Source: Mobula hypostoma
Lineage: Eukaryota
Assembly: GCF_963921235.1 (NCBI RefSeq)
Contig: NC_086097.1
Location: 128,280,001-128,344,000, forward strand
Reading direction: 5' to 3'
Length of the DNA stretch: 64,000 nt
Part shown: positions 13,611 to 26,899 of the stretch, piece by piece
How positions within the stretch are numbered: position 1 is the first letter of the stretch
Layout: each line of letters opens with the position of its first letter
Notes under the pieces: model-generated
What the model saw: the letters and a program-made list of their open reading frames with translations, nothing else
Databases searched by the model: none
What the model was told of the DNA's origin: nothing
Position numbers and translations under genes: made by a program

Positions 13611-15032
13611 AAATGGATTCACAGGCAGAAAAACCAACATCTTGATTTGGCATGTGGCTACAAGAGGACATCATACCTCCTTTTCCAAGGTGGTTAATAC
13701 ATATTCCTGCGGTGAAGGCCTTCTCTTAATGGGCAGGGTCAAAAATAGTGCACATGTTGCCTGAATGAAACTTATATAAACCACCTGGCAGCCAGCAGTA
13801 GAAAGTGGAAGTCTTAAAGCTAATAAGCAGACACGGTAATTATGGACCTGAGAAAGTTTGTCAGCTTTCCTTCATGTCCCAATGAAAATTAGGAAGAGGA
13901 GGTATGCGGTGCTAATTTGCAGCTGCCAGTGGGTGATTATCAACCATAAAAAAGACAATTACAGCACAGCTGGGTCTTTGCTGAGGAAGTCAAACACTAA
14001 CACCCTGCCACAACTCACAATACTGACAAATAAATTGCCACGACATTTGACACTGTCGGATTGTTAGCATTTTTTGACAATAAGCGATTTCCTTTTAATT
14101 GAAGGCCTTTTTTGTTTTAGGTCTTCCGTATTGCAGAATCCTTGGCATTCCCTGTCACCTGTCAATAATGAGGATGCAACAATCATTCCACAGACACCTG
14201 TAGAGAGTGGTCTCCACAAACTGCACTGTGACCCCTACTGTGTCAATTACCTGTGGTAAGTCCAACAAACTCTTGATTAAACTGGTTCTAAAGGAAGTAC
14301 TCTGTACCTGTCCCTTGAGAAACGTGCCTGCACCATTCACTCAAAGGAGAATTAATACGAAAAGACCTTTAGTCTGCTCTTGTAGAGCCATTGTCATGTA
14401 CAGCTGCTGAAGTTTCTGCAAAGTCTTCCTTCATTGATAATACTTTGCTCTTAAAGAGGTAGTGCATTCATGATTAGTGATTGTGTAGACACATTTCCCA
14501 AACACTAAAAGAAGATGGACCCTATTTTAGGTCATTTCCATTCCCCCTCTCCCTACCTACCCTCCATTCTGCTTTCAGAATATGATTGGATTACTGATCA
14601 AAAATTCTTTGCCCAAAAGGCCAAAGAATTTTAACTTTCAGTTTTCAGTTCGATCCTACTGGGGCTCAAAGGTCACCTTTCACAAGATTATATTCCAAGG
14701 GGCTCTTTGTGTGTCACCACATTCAGGAGGAGGGAGAGGCTGGGGTGACACTCACTCTGTTTTGGGATTGGTACCCTTCTGAGAGGGGCAAGGCTTGGGC
14801 TTACTGACTGGCATTTTATGTGAAATTAGGTCCTATTATTCTTGGACACTGAGGGACTGGCCCGTGGCTATCAGCTTCTCAAGTACTTCACAGCTGTTTA
14901 GTTTAAGGATGAAACATAACTGACATTATTGCATTGCAAGAGAGTGCATTGAATGAATGGCACAATGGATGCAGAGAGAATATGCACCAATTGTATTTAT
15001 TGTTGGTATGTTATGGATAAAATAGACAATAA

Positions 15033-15897
15033 GGCAGCACAGTAATGTAGTGATTAGCATAATCCTTTACAGCACTAGTGACTGAGGTTCAATTCTTACC
15101 AGGAGGTTATATGGTCTTCCCATGACTGTGTGTGTTTCCCACTTGGAGTACTGTGTTCAGTTCTGGTCACCTCACTACAAGAAGGATGTTGATACTATAG
15201 AGAGAATGCAGAGGAGATTTATAAGGATGTTGCCTGGAATGGAGGGCTACCTTATGTGAATAGGTTGAGTGTACTTGGCCTTTTCTCCTTGGAGTGATGG
15301 ATGATGAAAGGTGACCTGATAGAGGTGAATAAGATAATGAGGAGCATTGATCGTGTGGATAACCAGAGACTTTTTCCCAGGGCTGAAATGGCTAACATGA
15401 GAGGGCACGGTTTTAAGGTACTTAGAAATAGGTACCGAGGGGATGTCAGGGGTAGGTTTTTCACACAGAGAGTGGTGGGTGCATGGAATGCACTGCCAGT
15501 GAAGGTGGTAGAGGCAGATACAATAGTGTCTTTTAAGAGACTTTTAGATAGGTACATGGAGCTTAGAAAAATAGAAGGCTGTGTGGTAGGGAAATTCTAG
15601 GCAAGTTTCTAGAGTAGGTTACATGGTCGGCACAACATTGTGGGCTGAAGGGCCTGTAATGTGCTGTAGATTTCTATGTTCTATGCTCTATGTTTCCTTC
15701 AGGTGTTCCAGTTACCTCCTGCATTCAAGACGTATGTGTTAGGGTTAGTAAATTGTGAGCATATTATGTTGGTGCTGGAAACATGGTGATGCTTGTGGGC
15801 TGCCCCCAGCACATCCTTGGACTATGTTGGTTCTTGACACAAACAATGCATTTCACGGTATGTTTTGATGTACATATGTTAAATAAAACTGATCTTT
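15033..15897 (+). mobile_element. tRNA-derived V-SINE-like element split by a CR1 insertion
   Basis: A-box-like ggcagcacagtaatgtagtg, B-box-like ggttcaattc and V-domain-like catgactgtgtgtgtttcc...aggtgttccagttacctcc; the halves rejoin across the CR1 at a TGTTTCC duplication. Confidence 0.65.
15140..15690 (+). mobile_element. CR1 LINE 3' fragment
   Basis: LEYCVQFWSPHYKKDV; ORF 15301-15600 GDLIEVNKIMRSIDRVD...FFTQRVVGAWNALP...FKRLLDRYM; (TTCTATG)n tail. Confidence 0.9.
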
Positions 15898-16959
15898 AAC
15901 TTCTTGAAATATAAGAAAAATCACCTCTGTGAATCTCCCAAAGAACAGAGCTGCTGATGGAAGCCAGAATTGTGGGAATGGTTACATTACATTGTACAAA
16001 GTCTTCTCTGGACCATACCTGGAACCATCTGAGAAATTCTGGACAGAGTTAGTTGAGAAGGAGGAACAGACTCTGGAGAGAAAGAGCGAGCAATGAGAAT
16101 TTTTCAGAAACATGTCCTAAGGGATAAGGTACAAGATTTTAGGGTTGTTACAAGCGGCGTGATGATATATCCTGGCGTTTTCAAGATAGTGCGGGAAACT
16201 GGTAATGGTAAAGAGGAAATACTTCTGCTGGCTAGGGAATCTGGAGGTGTAGTTTATCCATTAGATCAGGAGCAAAATTAAGAAACACTTCCATACACGG
16301 GGAGTGGTCGAATCTTGGAATTTTCTACTGCAATTCTTCTCCAGTTGATACTTCACCAATCCCTTCAGAACGAGGAAATTCGCAGAAGTTCCCCTGGGAG
16401 CTTCTTTCTCACCAGGTATGCCAGCCCTCCCTTTGATGTGGATTCCCTGCAGGTGCCCCCTTACCTTACCACCATACTTTCAAAGCAATGCAGGGACGAT
16501 CATCCCCATGTGTCTCCGACCTCAGGCCCTCCCTGCAGGGTTTATGCATGAGAAGTATCAATGAGGCCCTGGAGTTAAAACAGGCCTAGCTCTGCTGCCT
16601 GACAATCTAATCCCAAAATGACTTCTCGCCCTAGGTTAAAGTCAGGATTTAAAAAGTAGGCAACATGTCAAAAGAAAATCATGGTACGGAATGATATCCG
16701 GAATATCGTTATCAAACTTCCTCACTGCTTCTTTGCTTGAAGGAGAACACTTTGGATTTATGCATTCACATTATTTCCTTTAACATTTTCTTCATTTGGC
16801 AAGAGAGCCTTTTTTCTAGATTAATTTTATTCATTTTTATTCATTCAGTACAATTAGATTTTGAAATACTTAATCTTTTCATACAATGAAATTTCTGTGT
16901 GTGTTGGTGCGGGCGGCGACATTGAATGTGTTTGAGCTTGTATACACAACATGTAAGTT

Positions 16960-18450
16960 TGGTCAAAGTTCCAAGTAAATCTATTATCTGAGTACATATA
17001 CGTCATCATATACAACCTTGAGATTCTTATCCTTTTGGGTATACTCAGCTAGTTCAAGAATGAAATACCGCACCAGAGAGGACAAACAAGCAATTAATGT
17101 GCAGAAGACAACAAACAGTGCAAGTACAAAAGGAAAAAAAATAATAATAATAAGAAGAAGAAGAAGAAGAAGAAGAATAAATAAATTAGCAATAAATATC
17201 AAGAACATGAGATGAAGAGTCCTTGAAAGTGAGTCCAGAGTTGTGGGAACAGTTCTGTGATAGGGCGAGTGGATTTGAGTGAAGCTATCCCTACTGGTTC
17301 AAAAGACTGGTAGTTGAGGAATAATAACTGTTCCTGAACCTAATGGTGTGAGTCCTGAAGCTCCTGTACAACCTTCCTGATGGCAGAAGCGAGAAGAGCA
17401 TGTCCTAGGTGGTGAAGGTCCCTGACAATGGATGCTGCTTTCCTGCAGCAGCATTTCATGTACAAACTTGTTTGTAGATGTGCTCAGTGGTTGGGAGGGC
17501 TTTACCAGTGATGGACTGGGCTGCATCTACTACTTTTTGTAGAATTTTCTGTTTAAAGGCATTGGTATTTCCATACAAGGCTGTGATATAACCAGTCAGT
17601 ATGCTTTCCACCACTCATCTATAGAAGTTCGTCAAAGTTTCAGATGTCATACCAAACCTTTGCCAACTTCTAAGGAAGTAGAGGCACTGTCATGTTTTCT
17701 TCATAATTGTACTTGCATGCTGGGCCTAGGACAGATCTTCTGAAATGGTAACACTGAGAAATTTATGTATAATATGATGAGAGGCATTGATCGTGTGGAT
17801 AGTCAGAGGCTTTTTCCCAGGGCTGAAATGGCTAGCACGAGAGAGCATAGCTTTAAGGTGCTTGGAAGAAGGTACAGAGGAGATGTCAGGGGTAAGTTTT
17901 TTACACAGAGAGTGGTAGTGCATGGAATGGGCTGCCAGCGACAGTGGTGGAGGCAGATACGGTAGGGTCTTTTAAGAGACTCCTGGACAGGTACATGGAT
18001 CTCAGAAAAATAGAGGGATATGGGTAATCCTAGGTAATTTCTAAGGTAAGGATATGTTTGGTACAGCGTTGTGGGATGAAGAGCCTGTATTGTGCTGTAG
18101 GTTTTCTATGTTTCTAATTTAAAGTTGCTGTCCTGCTCCACCTCTGGTCCCCAATGAAGACTGGTTCACAGAACTCTGGTTTCCTCCTAAAGTCAATAAT
18201 CGGCTCCTCGGTCTTGAGGACATTGAGAGAGAGAGAATGCTGCTGAAGCACCACTCAACCAGATTTTCAACCTCCTTCCTATATGCTGATTCATCACCAC
18301 CTTTGATTCAGCCAACGACAGTGGTGTCATCACCAAACTTCACTATTGCATTGGAGCTGTGCTTAGCTACACAGTAATAAATGTAAAGCAATTAGAGCAG
18401 GGGGCTAAGCACACAGTCTTGTGGGGCACCTTTGCAGATGAGGTTCTTTG
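16960..18450 (-). mobile_element. Rex1/Babar-type LINE fragment split by CR1
   Basis: Minus-strand APQDCVLSPLL...KFGDDTTVVG (18300-18440), KFLSVTISEDLS and FRNSYYSSTTSLLN-type C-terminus; 3' UTR contains (GAA)n. Confidence 0.8.
17766..18115 (+). mobile_element. CR1 3' fragment with AATTTA duplication
   Basis: YNMMRGIDRVDSQRLFPRAEMASTREHSFKVLG; the host LINE resumes across AATTTA near 17760 and at 18116-18121. Confidence 0.85.
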
Positions 18451-19349
18451 AATATCCTGCCATCGATGACTGTTTGATTTGTGGGCCAACTAAAAGTTCC
18501 TCCCTTAATCTTGGCTTCAGTTATTTTGACTTGAATTATGAATTGAAGTAACAAACATAGGCAATTCCATAAAAGTGCTGCATTATAGGGAAATTTCATC
18601 ATGATTTTCATGATCAGCAGCCCAAAAGTACTCAGGAAACAAAAACTTTGTTTTCCAGTGTATTTATATTTGTGTTTAATTTTATTAAATATTTATATAT
18701 TCATATTTATCTGTGTATGGATTGTCTATAGTCTAGATATATATGAGTTGGTATGTGATTCTGTTTGTCGACGCGTGTTTGGTTAAATTTTCATCAAAAA
18801 TACGCATCCTTAAAACAAAATCATCATCTGTTCATGAGAATTCGTTTACATTTCTTTTGAGGTTCTTCTCATAGATGGGAGAAAATAACTTTTGACCACT
18901 TCATACCATATTTTCTCCCCTGTATAGTGATTTAAGCAGAGTGGTAGCAGAAATGTCCCATTGCTAACACTAATGGCTTTTACAATTATGTTTTGTGTGT
19001 GTGATACAGGGGTATCTTCAGCTTGCCTCGCAAGTGGCACTTTCGTGCTCGATGAGGAAAGAAGAGTTTGTTGCGCAAGCATGCAGAGATGGAGGTGAGC
19101 ACAAAATCTAAGTGGATATTCCAGTACTGTGTTTTCATAGTGCCAGCATTTGGAGCTGTTAATGCACACTGGATCTCTTGGATAGATGGAAAAGGTCCCT
19201 TCACCGAAATAGATTATATGCTCTTTATCAGGTATCTACTTTGGGATCTGGCTACATTCGATATTAAATCAATGTTTTGACCACAATCTTTGCCAGCTCT
19301 CTTATCTCTGTACTCCACTTTTGTCCGTAAGCACTACTGGCTAACTACT

Positions 19350-20900
19350 ACCGAGGGAGGAGAGTACAGAATGAGCAGGGTGTGTGGGATCTTTGATTAA
19401 ACTGGCTGCTTCATGGAAGGCAACAAAAAGCATAGGCGGAGTCGATGGAGGGGAGGGCTCGCTTCTGTGATGTGCTGAGCTGTTCAGCACTGTTCATGTA
19501 AATAAGAGCCTGAATACCACCTCACCTTCCTGAAGTCAATAATCAACTCGTCTGTTTTGCAGAAAATGTTGTTGTCATGACACCATGTCTCTAATGTCAC
19601 TGTCTCCTTCCTGTACTCCAACTCATCGTTATTTAAGATATGGCCACCACAGTGGTATCATCTGCAAATCTGTTAATGGAGTTAGAGCAGAATCTGTCCA
19701 TGTAGTCATGAGTATACAGGGAGTAGACTAGGGGGCTAAGGACACAGCTTGTAAGGCTCAGGTATTGAGGATAATCATGACCGAGGTGTTGCTGCCTTTC
19801 CTTGCTGAATGCAGACTATTGTTCAGAAACGAAGGATCCAGTTGGAAAGGGAGATATTGAGTCCCAGGAATAAGTGTTTGGAGATAAATGTTACTTGAAA
19901 TTATAGAATTAAAGGCAGATTTGTAGTCAATAAACAATTGCCTTACATATTTCAATCGTTCAATGGTTCCATTTAATGTCAGACCATGTATACAGTATAC
20001 AACCTGAAATTCTTACTCTTCACAGACATCCACAAAACAGAAGAAAACCTCAAAGAATGAGTGACAGTAAAATGTTAGAATTCCAAAGCACTCCCTTCCA
20101 CACACAAGCAGCAGCAAAGCATCAGCCCTCCCCCTCCCCTTCCCCCCAGTTTTTCCAGCAAAAAGCATCAACCCCCACCACCACCCACTATGCAAGCAAT
20201 AGCAAAGCCCCCAAAGAGGCCATGATCCAAAGTCCATCAAAAAACTGCAGCCCAGCACTTCAACATGCCACAGACTGTCTGTCCGTCTGTCTCCCACTTT
20301 CTCTTTCACTCTCTCTTTCATTCTCTCACTCACTCTCTCTCTCTCACACTGTCACTCAAGGGAGGGAGAGGCATCACTCCTGCCAACAGCTTAGTCTGCA
20401 GCGCTGGTTTTATTTTGAGTTTCTCTGGCTCAAGAATCAGCAGCAAACTCTCTCTCACCATCGAGAGAGAGAGAGAGAGAGAGAGAGTGCGAGAGAGCGA
20501 TCTTTACTGTCCATATGCTCCAGTGATGAATGCAGGACCAGGGAAATGGGATCCACTGAAGACCTGATTTGGTGATAGGTGAATTGCAGTGGGTTGAGTT
20601 TTCTGGTAGGCTGAGGTTAATGTGTGCTGTGAGTAGCTTATTGAAGCATAACATGACAATGGCTGTGAGAACCACCAGATGGTTGTCATTAAGGCATGTT
20701 ACCTTGTTTTTCATAGGTATCCTGATGACAGTGGTCTTCCTAAGGCAGGTGGGAACCTCATATTGAAGCAGGGCAAGGTTAAAACTGTCTGCAGGTATCC
20801 CTGTCAGCTTATATGTGCAAGATCTAAGGACACGGCAGTAAGACCATCCAGGTCAGATGCTTTCTCTGGGTTCACTGTCCAGTAAATCAACCTTACATCC
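19350..20900 (-). mobile_element. Rex1/Babar-type LINE RT fragment with an inserted LINE-tail segment (about 19955-20500, includes (GA)n)
   Basis: YVRQLFIDYKSAFNSI (19758-19955) and KNKVTCLNDNHLVVLTAIVMLCFNKL (20430-20714) are consecutive RT segments. Confidence 0.75.
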
Positions 20901-20959
20901 ACAACAGTGACTGTAGGTTCAGATGCATTTGTGGCATTTGGGAAGGTGGTGACAGTTCA

Positions 20960-22380
20960 ATCTTCAATAAAAAGAACACATCAACTGCTAAATAATGTAT
21001 TTAATGATATCAAGTTCACAATGGAAATTGAAAAGGAAAGCATTCTTGGGGGTTCTTATCAAGAGAACTATTGCTGGCCAATTACAAATGTCAGCAAAAT
21101 CAGAGGACACACCCTCAGAATAGAGAGGCATCCTTTTAGAACAGAGATGAGGAGGGACTTCTTTAGCTAGAGAGTGGCGAATCTGTAGAATTCTTTGCCG
21201 CGGGCAGCTGTGGAGGCCAAGCCTTTATGTATATTTAAGGCAGAGGTTGACAGATTCTTAATTGGTCAGGGCATGAAGGAATATAGGGAAAAGGCAGGAG
21301 ATTGGGGCTGAGAGGAAAATTGGAACAGTGGAGCAGACTCGATGAGCCAAATGGCCGAGATCTTATGGTCTTATGGTCAGTCTACGGGAAAGCAACACCC
21401 ACCGATCAACTTCTGAACACCAACAGCAAAATCATCCAGAGTGTCACAAACAAAACTGCATGAAGACCTTATTCAAGAGGATTGAGTCCCAATGCAACAC
21501 CACAGACACAAATCTGGAAGAAGACAAGTGCCTCTTCAAGACCTTTCAACAGAATGGATGTCCAAAAAACTTCATCCAAATGTACTTCAAGGTAAGAAAC
21601 CCAAATATACAAACTACACAAATGACAAATAAACAAATAAAAAAAATATTTTGGAAATGACTGCTTCAGCAACACAACATCACAGTTGCACACAAACGGA
21701 CTGCAACTTTGAGGAGGAACCTATTAAACACAAATTGCAACAAAATGTGATCGAGAGAACAAATGTTATCTACAAATTCCAGTGTAGTGACTGCACAAGT
21801 ACTACATCAAACTGTGACAAACAGGAAGAAAACTTTCGACCAGGCTGCATGAGCATCAGCTAGCGAGCAGAAGGCACAACCCACACTTGTTAGTGTCAGA
21901 CGAAGAAGGACACCATTTCAATTAGACGACAACCAGAGTCTTGACTCAACCAAGAACAAGAAAAGAATGAGAATTTCTCGAAGCGTGGTTCTCTACAAAA
22001 TAATCCATCAGTAAGCACATCGACTTAGACCTGGTATATATAAACCCTTCCAGAGAAAAGAGAAACAATGATGTCAGCAATTGACAATTCGCCAGTAATC
22101 TCAGGTTTGGACAGCGAAGCAAACACTTTCATCAGACCTTTCTCAAAGCTAGACAATCAGAATCTTCCACTGCTAAAGTGTTCAGTGTTTTGAACTAGCC
22201 AACCAGATCACGACATCTTATCAATATCCATTCAGACCCTACAGGAATATATAAACTGGCATTCTGAGGAGACAACACTCTCAACTGTGCACAGATGATG
22301 GCTACTTGAATGGAGCCAAAATGTCTGCAAACATTTTTGCCCAGCTCAGTGATCAACCAAACTTTCAAAGAGTTGTATTA
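20960..22380 (+). mobile_element. Second, distinct Penelope-like element (RT end and GIY-YIG), split by CR1 at about 21095-21376
   Basis: LLNNVFNDIKFTMEIEKE; HPECHKQNCMKTLFKR...FQQNGCPKNFI; NVIYKFQCSDC..TGRKLSTRLHEH..EFLEAWFS; degenerate hammerhead at 22288-22329; GTCAG duplication around the CR1 insert. Confidence 0.8.
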
Positions 22381-22429
22381 GTCAGAAAGGCCTCTCATAC
22401 TCAACCCTATGTCTCTGCCATGAGAGGTG

Positions 22430-22620
22430 GAAACAGGTAAGACCTGCCAACAGGGCTCTGGTGAACGCGTATAGACCAATCCCCTGTACAGTGATTACAA
22501 TGGATTGCAGAAACGTTGATGAACCCCAACGATACCATTGATGTCAGAGGACAATGGAGACAGGAGGTCATCGACGGTCTATGCTCCACTGGGAGCTGAG
22601 GGCCCAAGAGAAGAAGAGAA
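22430..22620 (+). mobile_element. RTE-clade LINE extreme 3' fragment
   Basis: QWRQEVIDGLCSTGS* followed by a (GAA)-type tail. Confidence 0.5.
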
Positions 22621-24359
22621 TAATCAGAAAGGCAAGCAGTGGATTGTATGAATCCAGTAAGAAGGATATGCTTGTCAATCAGGGAATATATGAAACTTAA
22701 TGTTGTTGAGCACCATGTCATCAGAGTTTGGAATCTTTAGCTGTTATCTTTGATTCAGTTTGACAAATTTCCTCTGTTTTTTATTGAAGTTTAGCATCAA
22801 ATTGATACATTATCTTTTTCTTTCCATAAAGTGCAACTAAATTGGAATATGTAATAACATCAATGGTAGATTAGTTCTGATGTTACCCTAGTTACTGCTT
22901 GCATAATTATCTTATTTTCTAAAATTGTGAGGCCCATTCACCCCATTCGTACCCCTACCTTTTCATTTTTCCACATTTTGTAGCACTGACCTGTGCGTCC
23001 TATGGTATGTAGTCAAGAAGAGCAGTCTGAAAACCACATGAGATATTCTTAAATCAAAGTGAATGAAAATTTATGTTCTGCACGGCTGAGTTATATTGGT
23101 GAAGAAAACCAATTTTTCACATAGGTTGTTGAAATTAATACAATGTATTACATTGTATTTTTCATCTTTTTTAATCAGTTAAAATCAAAAGGATTTGAAC
23201 CTTAGTAATGTATTGAACGATTGAGCTTAATGGTGCCTTTCCAGTCAGTTATCTGGAGCAATGTAATCAGTGTTATTCAGCTCTTTGTTCAACTATTTAT
23301 CCAATTTGTCATTAAACAGTATCAGCTCTCCTCTTCATCAACTCTCTGTGAGAAAGGATCCTTTCAAGAAATTTCCATTCAACTCTCTCTTTAGATTCTC
23401 AGTATCAATTTTAAGCTGATTATCTCCTATCAACAAGTCATGAAGAGAAGACAGTCTTTTTTTGCTTGGTCTTCAAAGTTTTAAAAGAAATCCAACAAAC
23501 CCCATCTTTTCTAAAGCACCTTTCAAGTACATTTAAGAGCGCTCAAAGGACCTTGGTGTTTATGAAGCATTTTTATAGTATAATCCTAAACTGGGTTTTG
23601 CTGGATGCAGCCAACAGGGAGAATATATTCACGTGAGCCCATGTAACTTTAAAGGGACCAGCACAATTTGGAAAATCACCTTCTTACAGGTGTGATTCCA
23701 CCACTAGACTAGGTGGAGTTCCAGCTGCAAAGCATAGGTTTGATGAAATTCTGCTCCTGTATCCAGTGACCGTTTAGGTCTGAGTAAGATCATCAAATTC
23801 ACTGAATCAAATAGTGATTATGCGGCTGAAAAGAAGAAGAATAAAGATAAGTTAAGCTGAATCTTTTTCATGTCATTTATGTTTGCTTTCATGCTGAAAT
23901 TTAGTAGATGAAAGGCTATAGAACTGGAATATTAACTTACTGATGCTGTCTGTAAATTCTGCCTCACTTGGTGATTACATCCAACAGTTTTGTTTAGAAA
24001 ACTGCAGATTTTTTAAAATACATAAATTGTGTGTAGGCTCATTTATTGCATGGATTAGATCAGTCCACTGATCAATTGCAAACCATCAGTAAACTGACTT
24101 GAATACTTCTCGTCTTGTTTCAACTATAAACAGCCAACATTTGCCTGCTATGGAATACACATTTAATGATGTAAGTGTAAAATTTTCCTTAAACTATAAA
24201 CTGATGTTCACCTTTTTCATGCTAAAATTTTCACAACTATTTTAGTTGATCTTTAAAATTATTTTAATGTGCTTACCTAACATTTAATAGTTCTTAAATA
24301 TTTATCCAGAGGAATTCAGAAGCATTGAACATGTTCTGAATCTTTTCAAAGATTTCAAG

Positions 24360-25810
24360 TCCCCTGGCCCCCATCATCTTGTTTTTATTATCGATCTCCA
24401 TCCCCACCAGGATGGCCTCAAAGCTCTCCATTTCTTTGCGGACACCAGACCTAACCAGTTCCCCTCCACCACCACTCTCCTCTCCCTAGCAGAACTTGTC
24501 CTCACTCTTAATAATTTCTCCTTTGGCTCCTCCCACTTCCTTCAAACAAAAAATGTAGCCATGGGCACTCACATGGGTTACAGTTACGGTTGCCTGTTTG
24601 TTGGCTATGTGGAATAGTCTATGTTCCAAGCCTACACCGGATGCCATCCTGGTACGTCAAAGACTGCATTGGTGCTGCTTCCTGCACCCTTGCGGAACTC
24701 ATTGACTTCATCCACTTCTTCCCCTTTCCTGATCTTTCTGTCTCTGGAGACAGCTTATCTACGGATGTCTATTACAAATGCACGGGCTCTCACAAATACC
24801 TGGGCTATACCTCTTCCCACCCTGTTACTTGTAGAAACACCATCCCCTTTCTCAATTCCTTCGTCTCTACCACATCTGCCACAGGATGAGGCTTTTCATT
24901 CCAGAATGAAAGAGATGTCCTCCTTCATCTGTGTGTCTGTTGGAGTCATATACTGTGTTCGGTGCTCCCCTTGTGACCTCTTGTATATTGGTGAGATCGG
25001 ACGTAGATTGGGAGACCGCTTCACCGAGCATCTATGCTCCGTCCGCCAGAACAAGCGGGATCTCCCAGTGGCCACCCATTTTAATTCCAATTCCAATTCC
25101 AATATGTCTGTCCTGGGCCTACTCCACTGTTGTGATGAGGCCACGCTCAGGTTGTTGGAGCAACAACTTTTATTCCGTCTGGGTAGCCTCCAATGTGATG
25201 GCATGAAAATCGATTTCTCAAACTTCCGGTAATGGCCTCCCTTTCCTTCACCATTCCCCATCCCCTTTTCCCTATCTTACCTTATCTCCTTGCCTGCCCA
25301 TCACCTCTCTCTTCCTCCCTTTTCTTTCTTCCATGGACTTCTGTTCCTTCCTATCGGATTTCCCCTTCTCCAGCCCTGTATCTCTTTCACCATTCAACTT
25401 CCCAGCTCTTTACTTCACCCCTCCCTCTCCCAGTTTCACCTATCACCTCGTGTATCTTCCTCCCCTCCCTCCATATTTTAACTCTACCCCTCATAAGCAG
25501 TATTGCATCCGTATTGTACTGTCTCAGTACTTTTATATTTGTGTGCTGTAGCACTTTTTTTATTCACAGTTATTTTGTAACACTATTCTTTGCATTTCTG
25601 GTCAGATGCTAAATGCATTTCATTGGTTTTGTATCTGTACTCAGCACAATGACAATAAAGTTGAATCTAATCTAATTTTTTTTTCCAGTCCTGCTGAAGG
25701 GTCTTGGCCCAAAATGTCGAATGTACTCTTTTCAGTGGATACTGCCTGGTCTGCTGAGTTCCTCCAGCATTTTTTTGTGTGTTGCTTGGATTTACAGCAA
25801 CTGCAGATTT
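24360..25810 (+). mobile_element. Penelope-like element (internally deleted RT, GIY-YIG, terminal repeat) with a LINE tail inserted at about 25480-25675
   Basis: SIPHQDGLKAL...LAELVLTLNNFSFGSSHFLQTKNVAMGTHMG; ORF 24621-25232 VGVIYCVRCSPCDLLYIGEIGRRLGDRFTEH...GMKIDFSNF; degenerate hammerhead at 25686-25723. Confidence 0.88.
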
Positions 25811-26019
25811 TAAAACCGCAAACACAAGGAAACCTGCAGATGCTGGAATTTCAAGCAACACACATCAAAGTTGCTAGTGAATGCAGCAGGCCAGGCAGCA
25901 TCTACAGTCGATGTTTCGGGCATTTTTTCTTGTTTGGCATTGAACGTGTTGGTATCTTTGGAAAACATGTTTTTGGAGTGTGGGTCTGCTGTCTGGTTGT
26001 GGGTTGCAAGGGAGTTTTA

Positions 26020-26780
26020 GGACATAGAACAGAGTACTGGCACTCTGTTCACAATATTGTGCTGGCCCTTTGACCTACTTCAAGATCAAATTAACCCTTC
26101 CCTTCCACATAGCCCTCCATTTGTGTTTCATCAACATGCCTATATGAGAGTCTCTTAAATCTCCCTGATGTATTTGCTTCTACTATAACCCCCGGCCACA
26201 CATTTAACACACCTACCACTCTTTTTGTAAAAATCTACTTCTAACATCCCCTTTTTACTTTCCTGTAACCACCTCAGAGTAATGCCCCTCATATTACCCA
26301 TTTCCACACTGGGAGAAAGTCTCTGGCTGTCAACTCTATCTATGCCTCCTATCATCTTATACACCTCTATCAAGTCGCTTCTCATCACCTTCTCTCCAAA
26401 GAGGAAGACCTTAGCTTGCTCATCCTATCCTCATAAGACATGCTCTCTAATCCAGGCAGCATTCTGGGAAATCTCCTCTGCACCCTCTCTAAAGCTTGTA
26501 CATCCTTCCTATAAAGGGGCGATCAGAACTGAACACAATAGTCAAAATGTGTTTCAGCCAGTGTTTTACAAAGCTGCAAAATTATGTCACAGCTGTTGAA
26601 CTCAGTCCCCTGACTATTGAAGGTCAACATACCATACACCTTCTTAATGACTCTTTCAATTTAAACTGCACCTTTGAGGGATCTATAGACTTGAACCCCA
26701 AAATCCCTCTGTTCCTCCACACCATTAAGAATCCTGCCATTAACCCTGCATTCTGCCTTCAAGTTTTATTGGCATAGTGA
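26020..26780 (-). mobile_element. CR1 3' fragment
   Basis: ORF 26155-26388 RSDLIEVYKMIGGIDRVDSQRL; tail begins catagaacag. Confidence 0.85.
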
Positions 26781-26899
26781 TTATTCTGATGTCCTGATTA
26801 TAACTCTATCCGATGGGGTGGGATGAATGTTTAAGACATGACCCATCTCTAGAGGAGTCTAGGCCAGATAGATTAGTAGTACAGTCAGTGAATCTCAAT

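Noticed and set aside
19976..20575. 199-aa ORF
   Set aside because: Antisense to a low-complexity LINE 3' UTR with (CT)n/(GA)n; no domain recognised.
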